The notes under the pieces: model-generated
Seen by the model: only the letters and a program-made list of their open reading frames with translations
Databases searched by the model: none
What the model was told of the DNA's origin: nothing
Shown here: positions 12,801 to 24,355 of the stretch, piece after piece
How the letters are laid out: every line of letters starts with the position of its first letter
Numbering within the stretch: the stretch's first letter is position 1
Position numbers and translations under genes: made by a program
Assembly (NCBI RefSeq): GCF_002105155.1
Contig: NW_019028996.1
Location: 496,001 to 560,000, forward strand
From: Lobosporangium transversale
Taxonomy: Eukaryota
DNA: 64,000 nt
Direction of reading: 5' to 3'

Positions 12801-13945
12801 TGGCGCTCAACTACATCGCCGACCTGAATCTCCCCTGCAATCTGAGCACGGTTTCCAAACTTGAGTGACTTTTTCATATTGTTGGATCCCAGAGTGACAT
12901 AGTTTGCTCCTGGATGGATCTCCGTACCATTTGCAATGGCCTGGCGAAGACGTTCAATATTATGGCTGGTAACGCGTTCTGGGTATGTCAGGTTTTTGGC
13001 GACCAGTTCAGGGACAGCGACTTGGTCAATGCGAAGGTTAGGGTCGGGTGAAATTACTGTGCGTCCAGAGAAGTCAACACGCTTTCCAGATAAATTTCCA
13101 CGGAAACGACCCTGTTTTCCCTTCAATCTCTGACAGAATCCACGAACTGGCTTTCCGGGCTGTAAGTTAGATACTCCCGGTAGTTCGCTGTTGATGTACA
13201 TAGCGACTGAGAGTTGAAGAAAGTCCCATAGATCCTATTAAAGATAGAGATGAAAAAGAACAATTAATTTTGTCCCCATCAACAAAGGTTAACGAGACTT
13301 CAAAACCATAGTATATAGAAGCTGCTCATTACCATCAAATTAAGAATAGCAATACCCTGATTAAGACCAGCTTGCATGTGAGCGTTGGTAAAGATCACTT
13401 CTGTCAATTTAACAGTGATATCATCTTCGTTACTGGCACCATCCTGCTGAACTGATGGGCGAATACAAACTGGGGGCACGGAAATGTTCTGCCAAAGATA
13501 CATTTCAGGTCTTCCAAGATCTGGATTCATACCTAGAAGCTCACAGTCCTGATAGTAATAACCGCAATATCAATTAACTGGAACTATCAATTATAACCCT
13601 ACTCAACTACTATTAATTGGCCGTTTAGAAAACTCATTTCCCTTTTTCCCTGCCTTACCTCGTCAGTGATGGCCTTGAACAGGTTCAATACTCTCAAGGG
13701 GTTCATATCCTCCTGCGCCTTTGAAATATGAGCCTTCATTTCCGGTGCAGCCTCCAATGCATGACTAAACGTGCTCTTGAATTTCTCGTATTCATCCGCA
13801 ACTTTCTTTGACCGGAATTTCTCATGTACAATTCTAAGCGCGCCAGCCTTCTTGACCGTCCCTATATTGGCAAAATACATGGATTTAAAGTAAGTTCAAG
13901 TGGCCTTTAGCATTCTACCGGCTATCGAAGGAAAAAAGGTAAAGA

Positions 13946-13994
<49 letters not shown>

Positions 13995-15039
13995 GAAAAA
14001 GAAAGCGGGATCCTTAAAGACAGCAATACAACTCACCATTGATTCCCTCACAATATGGGCAGTGGATTACCTTCTTGCATTTGTCATTGATAGCCTTGCA
14101 GACATTTTTCCTAGTCAAATTTTCCAGATTCGGTGCACGGAGCTTCCTCAAATATGTACGACGATCCTTTTCTGACAACAAGACTCGACTACAAGTCTAT
14201 GAACCATCCACAGTTAATAAATGAAATAATATCTACCGTTAGCCCATTGCTCGTAAGTAAATACTAATAATACTAATAGTAATAGAAATGTTGCAGTAAC
14301 TGTCCTAACCTTGCAAATATTTTGTAAAATAACTATGGCTGCTCGGAAGTATCCAATATGAAAGACTGGTAGACACAACCTGATGTGGGCAAAATGACCG
14401 ATACAATCCTGTTGCTTCAGACCACAGGTCTCACAGGAAGCGATTTTATCAGAGGTACCCTAGAACAACATTTAGATCAGTAGATCATTTTATTAAAAAT
14501 GAAAATTAATCACCTAAACAGTGTGGCTTAATTGCTAGGCCTCCTTCAATGGTCCATAAATTGGTTATCCTCTATGATAAAGACTAAAATTGTCCCTCCT
14601 TTAAATATTTGTCGCTCCAAAATCGAGCTACCCGGCGTTCATGTACGATGGCTATATGGACTATATGAACCTGTTTTCTTCTTACCAGTCTCAAATCGAG
14701 CATTCCATATTTAACTGGCTGACGGTCCTGAACCGTATACAGATCACGCTGAGTGACCTCGAACTCTGATACATTGACAATCTCCTGTGGCGAAAGAACA
14801 CCAAATTGGATTTGCTTGCTATTCATATAGGCCCAATTTTGAAGTGCACATGAAAGAGAAACATCCAATAATTAGTTTCATGTATTTATTCGATAGCAAT
14901 GGCTGCTGGGTTGTAGAGGCGGAAGAAAAGGAAACAAAAAAAATAAATAAATTAAAGTCGCAATTAAAAGAACAATTGTAGGAGGAATAGAAATGAATTA
15001 CATCTTCTTGGGCGCCTGCTCAAGCACCTGTTCCTTCAT
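9841..15039 (-). CDS. RPC1: RNA polymerase III largest subunit (multi-exon)
   Basis: [11 protein letters not shown] catalytic motif, [36 protein letters not shown]; no CTD heptads; start [12 protein letters not shown]. Confidence 0.97.
13948..13992. repeat. (TAA)n microsatellite in an RPC1 intron
   Basis: Run of about 14 AAT units. Confidence 0.9.
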
Positions 15040-15229
15040 TCTAAGTAAATTTGAATGTTGGTCCGAAAAGGATGTCCAGGTCAAAATTCAGAAGCAAAGA
15101 TGTTGTGAACACGCATAAAGCAACTTATCTGCAAAAAAAAAAAAAAAAAAAAATAGACTGCGACGCATTTCTGGATTTGGATATAAAGCTACAAAGCCAC
15201 TCACGTGCTATGTACTTTATTTACATTTC

Positions 15230-17578
15230 TCAATAGAGTCGGTGGGGTCGCCACTGAAATAATACTTTTGAGATTGGTCTGTCATGGGTATCATCTACAA
15301 CTTCTTCTAAAGGCGTATTATACATATCAATGGGTTGTGCTGCTTCCAGAAAGGGCGAATAGTACCTATACACAGCACCATTTGGCAGCACCCTATGGTT
15401 GAGACTTGGTGCCAATGCTATGAGAGGCTGTTCGGATCCAACGAGATCTACATGACATGTATCATTTGTATAGATACATGGATCGGTCTGAGTGATCTGA
15501 GGATAAGCTGGTGCTTGCGATGAAGGCACAATGGCTGTATTTTGAAGGACATCCATTGTTGTATGCCCTGGTAAAGGACTGCTTTATGAAGAAACAACAT
15601 GAGTTCGAATAAAATTAACAAACAGACTTTATCTAAACTAACCAAATGCTCTTTGCATTTAATTACCTTGGCGACATTCCATTGTTAGATAGGTTCGCAA
15701 ACGACTTCTCAGGCAATAAGTCCTGGGATATGGTTAAACGACTTTGCGCCAAATCATCATTGATCGAGCTTAATAAGGCTGTCGATTCCTTTCTAACATG
15801 CATAGAATGAATAGACTCCCTGGAATCTTTGAGCGCCATGGACGTCCTTTGGTTCGATGAACGATTACTAAAGCTGGAATTTTCCTTATTCAGACAGCGC
15901 TGAAACAAGCTATGTTTTGAGTGCACGCTACCATCACTAACTGATGTATAGCTACTCTCGATCATTTGATCAACAGGGTCAGGGTCGGGATGAAGGCCAC
16001 GATCTTCGTACTCACAATAGCTCGAAGGGCCCGCGAAGTATACTGATGTGACAGCATCATCTTGTCGTTTGTCACTTCTAGCATTTTCTTCCGAATAAGG
16101 CCCTTGGTTGAGAAAGAACTTTTCTGAAAATTCTTTATTTAAGCCTTCAAGGCAAAGGAGAGAGTAAAAGTTCGCAAGCAAATTAATATGGGTTGCTATG
16201 TACAAGCAAATCAATAGTTGGGTTGATTGAATTACCGATATGGACTCTTGTCTTTAAAGAGGCTTTGCCCTTTTTAAAAATCCCCAACCGGGTGGGCTTC
16301 TCTTGCATCTATTCGGCCAACAAAGCCAAAATATCTTAACGTTTGTATCAAACCCCGAATATTTTAATGAAACACATAGAAAAACCATACCGTAATACGC
16401 TCTTTGGAGACCTTTGGAGAGACAAATTGCTAGTAGCATCAAATAGAAAACATTGAAAAGGTCATTTACACTTGCTGATGTTAGTTCTGACCGGACACTC
16501 TAATTGCACAAAGATAGGTATGCTCAAATAGCATATGCACTATCTGAGCACAATAGAAGGAAAAAGGGCGTGTTGTGTGCACGCTTACATTCATGATAAG
16601 GGAGCTTTGAGTAAAGATCTTGCGGGGTTTATTACTATGTGAACGTGCATCCATACGTCTAGTAGCAAGCATGGTTTGTAGTCGTTGGCGCCGTTGAAGA
16701 GGCATGCGGCAATGTCGATGGCCACCATCACTTTCTGAACCATCTGTATACTCCACCTTGGAAGCAGCTATACATTCTTGCGGTGAGTGCGCCCTCTTCT
16801 GCCGTCTAGGATAGCCCATGTCCCGAAGCGATGCAAGCGGCTCCTCTTGCCTCTTTCGTCTTTTGCGGTTCCTTGCTCTAACTATAGCGATCGATTTCGG
16901 CTTTGCTTGCCTTAGTAAAATTATAATAGGTATACTGTTCTGACCAAAACAGGTTCTTACTGAATATAAAGCTCAATAACCTGGTGCGGATCTCTTTAAA
17001 TTTTTACCTTTATCCTTACTCTTATCAACTGATCCTATATTGAGCTCTTGCTCGGCGTGGCGTTTCGGCTTCGTTCTGCATTCCTTGCAACGCTTGCTCA
17101 TATTTAAATTTTCACACGCTTGGTCAACAGTGGAGAGTCGTTTACACCGTTTATCAACTTTGGAATCGATCACTCCCGTGATCCCTCTTGCGTTGCCCGT
17201 GCGCGGCACTTCACCTAGTAAATTTTGATCCTCTTCATTCTGAGTGTTGCTGCTCGTGAGTTGCGAAGAGACATCATCTCGCTGTTGCTTTCGTTTGCTA
17301 GAGCTCGAGATCTCTTGTTGCTGGGACAGCTGGATAAATGCCTCATCAGTATTACCATGCCTCAATGTTTCCTCTATAGGCAGTGTATTGAGGATAGGCT
17401 CCGGGCCTTGTTGTGGTTCTGTAGGGATGTCGAGGCTATCAAGGTACTCCCTAATGAAGTCTCTCTTATCCAGCAGACTATGGCGCTTGGTGTGAGTGAC
17501 AAGATTGGTCTCGTTGAGTATTGACAAGTAAATGCTGGGGTATTTCAGTGACTGAGTGGTCAGTACTTTCTTGGACAT
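15230..17578 (-). CDS. Uncharacterised, mostly disordered protein (about 5 exons)
   Basis: ORF blocks join via introns (e.g. 16588-16309); short motifs RLGIFKKGKAS, FSEKFFL and C-terminal FQWRPHRLY. Confidence 0.6.
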
Positions 17579-17890
17579 GGCTCAATAAATACAAGACGCA
17601 GCAAAGTTTAGTTGAGTGAACAGGCACGTAGTAAAAGGTGAATGAATGAACGCAACTTCATACGAGAATGAGAAGGAATAGTGTAGTTTTAATTACAGAA
17701 ATGAAGGGAAAAAAAAAAAAAAAAAGTAATGCTATTGTTCCTGATGGTAATGGTGCGAAAATGCAGGTGAACACAAAAAAAAAAGCATGTAGAAACACGA
17801 CTGTCATGCCCGTTAATCGTAGTGTTGTGTCGTGCCTGATAATAGCACACAGTGCTGTGTGCAAAGGCCACTTTTTCCACATAAATAAAA

Positions 17891-20569
17891 TTAAGTTAAG
17901 TTTAAGCTTTTTGAGTAAACATCCGAGTACCAAATCTCTGCTATTTTCTTGCTCAGCGCTTCACCAATCCTCCTTTTGTTTATAGCCGAGCTCGTCCTAA
18001 CTAGAATTCTGTCCCGCTGGGTATCTGAATCCTGTTCATCTAATGCTGAAAACATTGCTCTTGGTGTAGGGTACGCTCTGGCAATCTCCATCGCCTTTTC
18101 GCTACTAATACCCCGAATAGTCATCAGCATCTTAACAAACGTGTCTCTAACGACTATTGTTTCGGACTTGCCATTCAAAGCACCAAATGATTTATAACTC
18201 GTAAGGTATGTCCGATCCGGATTGGTAGCCTTGAGATGGCTTTGAAGATCCAAGTATGATGCGCGATCAATGGCTTCATCTGGGATAGCATAAAGTGCCT
18301 TCGACTATATTAAGATTTTTTCAGCACAATGTTAAGACAAGATTTTCAGGCTGAAGTTTCAACTAAGCATCTTAAATCCAGATAATACATTTATATATAC
18401 CTCATAGAGCTTCCGCAAAGCATTCGTAACGCTAACAAAATATTCAATAGTTTGGTCCGTATGATTCGTGCGGCGGAGAAAGAAACCATCATGGATCTGA
18501 GTGGATGTCATTGCGGTACGGATGGCGTCAGTACCAATGTCATATGTTTCGCCCATTTTATGGGTTTCGATCAGGTATATAACATGACCCAGTCCAGATC
18601 TTCTCAACCGGAACTATAAAAAAAAAAAAAAAAAAAACCGATATAGTCATGAATAAGATCATAAATACAAAAGTTTCAAATAGCAACTACATGATGGTAC
18701 GCTCTTACCTTTTGTTCGTTGAATCGACCATCCTTAATACTATGCACTAGGTCATCCATTCGCTTTCGCTCCAGGATGTAATCTAATACAATCTCGCTTG
18801 GGCTAGAAGCAGAAGGGGTTTTCAATCGCGCAATCCAGATAATGTCGCCAATATCCAATGCTCGCTTGATGACATTGACTCCACGGTCTTTCAGTCTCTG
18901 CCCAATGTAGTCACGGTCCGTTTGTGTGCGGACTTCACGAATATCTAGAACAAGACATATCTCAAATGAACCAGGGTAGAAAATTACAGGCTTGAAAGCC
19001 GCAAGCTGCTTGATATTTTTAGGCGAAGTGTCGTTAGGAATGCTTCGGAGCGAAAATGAGTGGCTTCGCAGATGTGGAAATGCATCGCGTCCTGAAACTG
19101 AAGCTCCATCCTTACGCTGCAACTTTGAGCTGCTGGAGCGTTGAACTGAAGACGTCCTTGACTCGTCAAACACATTGCTAGTGGCGTTAGAAGACATTTG
19201 CCTACTCAGACCAGCTTTTGTAGTTGGAGCAGAAGGCTCGGTGGCGGGATGTGTTGGGAGCTTGAACTGGGAAGTCGTCCTGGATAGAACGCTCTTAGGC
19301 GCTGGTGCGTCCTGAAGGATTATATGGTCGCTCGTAAGCAGGCCTGGGTCCATTGATGTGCGTCTCTCTGGAGGTGGTAGAGGGGTTGTAGTACTCCGTG
19401 TGGTGCTAGGCAAGTTTTCTTCGTCAGAATCGCTTAGGATGTCGATAACCTGGGGTGATGGACCATTGCTTCGTGTGGATGACGTGAATAGGGACGAGGC
19501 CGTCGGTCGAGCCGTGTTAAGCCCTGATGGCAGAGAAGACTCTACTGAGCTTACAGCTTGAAATGTGTCGTCCCTTGTCTTTGAGGAGTCGGATATTGAA
19601 GAGTTCCAACTGCTCAGGACAGATTTCCATGTGTCACAATTATCTTCACCGCTATGGTCATTATAACTGCTACCTTGGGACGACTGGACTCGGAGGACTT
19701 CTGTTGAAGGTGACGAGGTTGCGACAGCAGGGGCCCTGCGCAAGGAACTAGCTGATGACGATCTTTCGCTTATAAAGTCAATAAGGTCATCTGGTCCATC
19801 GTCTCCTTCTTGTATAAGCTGTGGCGTTCTAGATATGTGACGGAGAGGAGGTGCTGTATAACCCCAAGTTTCTGAATCCACATCAGCCTCAGTTAGTGTA
19901 GTGTTGGTTTCAGGATTGCCGCCATCCTGCGCAATTGTCCTCATCATTCTAGCAATCTCCCTACCCTCATCTGTGAGGTAATAGTTTGACGAAGACTGAT
20001 AGACAAGGTTCTTAGATAATAGTGTCCTCATTGAACTCCATGCTGTGAAGAATTTCCCGTACTCGGGATTCGTCAGTGAAGCATCGCAATAAACCTGACC
20101 TCTTGTCACAAGTTCATGCTTAGTTAAAGCCCCATCACCATCTGGGGTTTTGGCATCCCAAGCATCCAGTAGAGTAAGTAAGATAGCATATGCTCCAGAC
20201 CTGTATGTTGGTACATATGGCTTTTGATTCCGTGCGCGTAGCCTCTTTGATTTTGATTCTTCAGTTCCTTCATCACCTTCTGCTCCATTGCTGTCAACAT
20301 TTTTTTTCGGTACTCTAGGTCTTTTAAGAACTTAAGATTTCGAGGCCTTCAATCAAAATACTATCTTAAAAGCACTGCTTCGTAAGTATAATATAGGATA
20401 CCTAGCTTACCAGCGGAAGGCATTGGCAGGTCATTCTCCCTACAGTGCTCGATCAACCTCTTCTCTAACTTGGCTACAGTTTTTTCACCGATACCAGACA
20501 GACACAAAGCTTCAATAGGGTGATTGAATTTGGTTGGATATTTTGCCATCGATTCGTATGCCTGCAAGG

Positions 20570-20602
<33 letters not shown>

Positions 20603-20773
20603 ATCAATAAATCCCAAATGTCAACTGTGTCTGAAATGAATCACATATATACAGCCTCAACTGTTTGTGTAGCCCACCTTACGATAAATATAATAGGATT
20701 GACTACCAAGCTCTCGAGCATGCTCCATCCACTCCCCAATCCATTCTAAAAATAGTGGATTCCCGCACTCCAT
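17891..20773 (-). CDS. MUS81: Crossover junction endonuclease MUS81
   Basis: N-terminal CGNPLFLEW plus HhH; winged-helix YVPTYRSGAY region; ERCC4 motifs LDIRE, GDIIW, ERKRMDDL..SIKDGRF.EQK; C-terminal HhH. Confidence 0.96.
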
Positions 20774-20897
20774 GATAAAATCAAACAGATCCAGCAGGCT
20801 AGTGATGAATGACAAGAAAGAAATAAAGAGACATGCAATGTTCAAATCGCCACGGAAAAAGATACAACTGATGTATCTTTCAGAAGCAAAAAGAATG

Positions 20898-20991
20898 TTT
20901 CCCAGCCGAGGATCGAACTCGGGATTGCTGCGTGTCTTTAGTATATTCTGAAAATATAAGCACAGTGCCTTGCCGACTTGGCCACTGGGAA
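20898..20991 (-). tRNA. tRNA-Ile(UAU) with 21-nt intron (20934-20954)
   Basis: Acceptor stem TTCCCAG/CTGGGAA with discriminator A; anticodon arm CTGTG-CT-TAT-A^A-CGCAG; T-arm CCGAG-TTCGATC-CTCGG; T5 terminator just downstream. Confidence 0.93.
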
Positions 20992-21124
20992 CCCATCGGT
21001 AATTCGAATAACGGAAAAATTTTAAAGCCTTATTAATCAGATATTTTAAACCAAGCCACAGAAAGATCTGTAGTTTTCGACGTGAAAAAAAAAGCCAAGA
21101 GAGAGTACTCCATCAAGAATAAAG

Positions 21125-21154
21125 GTACCCATGACCCTGAGGGTCCTTGTTATC

Positions 21155-21182
<28 letters not shown>
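21125..21182 (+). mobile_element. Ultra-short retroposon 3'-end insertion (30 nt + A28) with 19-bp TSD
   Basis: TACTCCATCAAGAATAAAG at 21106-21124 and 21183-21201. Confidence 0.92.
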
Positions 21183-21185
<3 letters not shown>

Positions 21186-21474
21186 TCCATCAAGAATAAA
21201 GACGACGAGAAGCAGCCAAACGTTCAAGAAGAAGGGCACAGCTGCGCAACCAAGATACGAGGACGAAGTGAGCTCAGCGGAGAGGCCCTCGACAGACGGC
21301 TACGTAGGATGGCACAAGAGGAATTGGACTCTGTTTCGACAGCGAACAATAAAGGACCTCAAGCCAACGTTAGCCGGGGCCTGGCAGACCACACTGGGGT
21401 CGTGGTACCACAAGGTGTCATGGAAAGCATTCTAAGGCAAAGAGAACGGTCAGTAGGAAGGGAGAAAATCTCTT

Positions 21475-21613
21475 GATGCAGCGGCTCTCGCCGTTTGTGC
21501 AGTAATAACTGTTTATTGACTATAGTTTCTCGAGTATTTTGTTCATAGAGTGTAGAAAATAAATCCCATGACCCTGAGGGTCCTTGTTATCAAAAAAAAA
21601 AAAAAAAAAAAAA
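21475..21613 (+). mobile_element. Short retroposon 3'-end insertion (117 nt + A22) with 21-bp TSD
   Basis: TAGGAAGGGAGAAAATCTCTT at 21454-21474 and 21614-21634; ends in the same CCCATGACCCTGAGGGTCCTTGTTATC(A)n as the 21125 insert. Confidence 0.92.
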
Positions 21614-23799
21614 TAGGAAGGGAGAAAATCTCTTTTCTCTGATGGATCGTTAGAGAATGCAGGAAAGGACTCAGCGCGGATAGTTTTTGGTGTTGTTGCA
21701 CAGGAGAATGTGGACGAATACACAACAGTAATATCTGGAAAGGTTGATGGCTATTCCTCATCCACCAAGACAGAACTGGCAGGTCTACTCACAGCAATAC
21801 TTATTAGTCCAAGAAATGTACCAACAACAGTCTATGTAGACAATATGGCAGTAGCTACGCAGTTCAAAACCCTGGTGAGTGGAAGTGAAGGATGCACGGA
21901 ACGACAACAGCTTCGCTCAACCTATACTATATGGTGAGCAGCAGTTTATAACGCATTCGTTCGACAGGACCGAAAAGTCAACGTAGTCTGGATTAAGGGA
22001 CATGCAGGCAGCAAAGGCAATGAAAAGGCTGATCAGGCAGCCAATTTAGTGGACTGTGGAAATTGAAGGAACAGGAATACAATGACTTGAGATGTCACGT
22101 TTTCTTCAATAGAGACGTAATAGAGGACGACCTTCGCCAACTCCTGAAACAATCTGCTGTCAGGACGAATCCGGCCTGGAGTGTGCAGAACAGGACCAGC
22201 CGTTACATCACAGATTGGAAGGAGATTGATTGGAAAGCGACTCTGCACATTATCCACGACGGTAACACTCCAAGAGGGCTATTCACCAGTCCAACTGACT
22301 GCCAACGACGAGCTCACAGGATCAAGAAGCTACATGGTATGCTCCCAACGCTTGCTTACATGAAGCAGTGGAGACCAGATCTCTATTACACAGACATATG
22401 CAGAATGTGTGAATCGGAAAAAGAAGACACAGAGCACTTTTAGAAGTCCCCTATCACAGATGATAAGTAGTTGGAAGGGTGGACAAGAGCGATTGAGAAT
22501 ATCAATCGCGACGGACAAAGGGTCCTAGCGAAGGAGAGGAGACTTTGGGAGGACAAGTTGCGTCGGGCACAGGCGTCAGGACAAAAACAGACTGGCAAGG
22601 GACCTACGTTCATGCCAGCAAGCGAAGAGGTGATATGGGCGTCATTGGAAGGCATGTACAAAGGAGCTGCTGCAATTCGACAGGTGGTAAATTGTATTAC
22701 AACGACGAAGAGGATGAAGATGGCGACGGTGAGGGAGCCATCAGGACAGTCCAAGGCCTTTACCATGGATTGATGCCGAAAGACATGGCCAAGATTTGGA
22801 AAGATACTTTCAAGACAACCGCATCCATTGTAAAATATGTGGTTTGCAGATTTATTAAAGCTATCGAGGAAATCGGAAGGGCTGAGATCTGGAACAGACG
22901 CTGTAAAGCCACTGTCGACTGGGAAAGAACTAAAGCCATCACCTCTGTGAGCAAATGCGCCAGGGGACGCGCCTGTTTGGGCAGCACAGACATAGCAGAG
23001 GTGATCTCTTAGGGCCTACCCTGCGACAACGACGAACAGCTGACGTGAAAGCGATCAGGACGGAAGCAGACCAAAGAGTGGTTGAGAGCTATCGGCAACA
23101 ATTAGAGCTGACAGTAATGGAACGGCCGGGAGGGTGTCGTTTCTTGATGATTGAGAGCTGCGGCTAGAAGATAACTTTCGCGTACAACAGGCCAAGTAGG
23201 GAGCAGGCCTCGTCGCAGGTTCCGTAGGAATCGAGAGTTACCACTCATGCTGACGTGGTTTGTGAATAGGATGTTTTACAGTAACAGTTCAACGATGCGG
23301 TAAAGACCGATTATTGGAAAATGCTTTATTTGCGCCCCTAGTAATAGGGCAACTCATTTATAGAGTCTATTTCTAATAAATCCTCACGACCTCGTGGGTC
23401 CATTTATCAAAAAAAAAAAAAAAAAAAAAAAAAAACTACCCTAATTCGCCTGGCTGGCCACACGGCTTAGGTATATATTCCACCTCCCAGCCGAACCAGC
23501 GGTACATCTGGCAGCACTTGACGGAGTCCAAAGTAGAAACTTCAGATCAATCCCACAAGATTTGATCGAATAAAAAAAAAAAAAATTAAAGTCGTCCTTA
23601 GCTAGAGTCGGCACGCCAGCCTCCGCGGCTTTTCATGGGCGCAACAGGCCACATCGGAAAGATCGACTCCGAGTACCGATCGCGGTGTACATTGGTGGAG
23701 AAATCATGGATGCGAATTGGCTTTTCACAGCCATATCGTGCGAACTTTGAGAGTTTCGCTTGTTTCATAGTTGAGGGCGATAGAATTGCATTTGCTCAA

Positions 23800-24250
23800 C
23801 TAGGATCGAAAGCTAGAACAGACGTTGCTGTAAAATCACCGTTAGCAGGGAAAGAGATAATGGTACAGCCTTTGTGGGCAAACGCGCCGGGGGACACAAC
23901 TGTGTTGGGAGGCACAGACGTAGCAAAGGTGAATTCTTTGGCTCTCGCCTGGACAGCGACGAGCAGCAGACATGAAGGCAGTCAGGACTGATGCAGGTTG
24001 GTGACTGGCGGCAAGCTATCGACAGTAGGTGGAATTGGCAGTAAATTTTTGATGATCGAGGACTGTGGCTAAAGGATGACCTTCGCGCACAGACCCTTAG
24101 GGGACTACTCAATGCTGACGTGGTTTACGAACAGAATGTTGCATTGTGGCAGTACGACAATGCGGTTATAGCCGACTATTGGATACCGCTTTATTCGCAG
24201 CCCCAGTAATGGGACAACCCATTTGTAGAGTTAACATCTTATCAAAAAAG
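23800..24250 (+). mobile_element. Older diverged copy of the 3' end of the same LINE family
   Basis: Aligns by eye to about 22880-23370, including ...LMIE.CG* and the 3'UTR ATGCTGACGTGGTTT...TAGAGT; ends TTATCAAAAAA. Confidence 0.8.
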
Positions 24251-24355
24251 ACCGCATTCATATTCCACATGGGACACATGATTAAGATTTAATAATAGTA
24301 ATGACAGGAAAGATGACCTGATATTGTGAGAGAAAATGATAAAATACAAACTCTA

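Larger units (their letters stand above)
21082..23435 (+). mobile_element. Degenerate non-LTR retrotransposon lacking its 5' part (RNase H, C-terminal Zn-knuckle region, 3'UTR, A27 tail)
   Basis: SDGS, SSTKTELAG, YVDN and WIKGHAGSKGNEKAD RNase H motifs; LPT...RPDLY...CRMC...EDTEH; stops and frameshifts; poly(A) 23409-23435. Confidence 0.9.

Noticed and set aside
23485..23494. 10-nt match (TCCCAGCCGA) to the tRNA-Ile 3' end as a tRNA-derived SINE or primer-binding site
   Set aside because: Too short; expected by chance in a few kb; no A/B boxes or cloverleaf
23635..23991. 118-aa ORF as a real gene
   Set aside because: It spans the hairpin module and reads the decayed LINE 3' fragment out of frame
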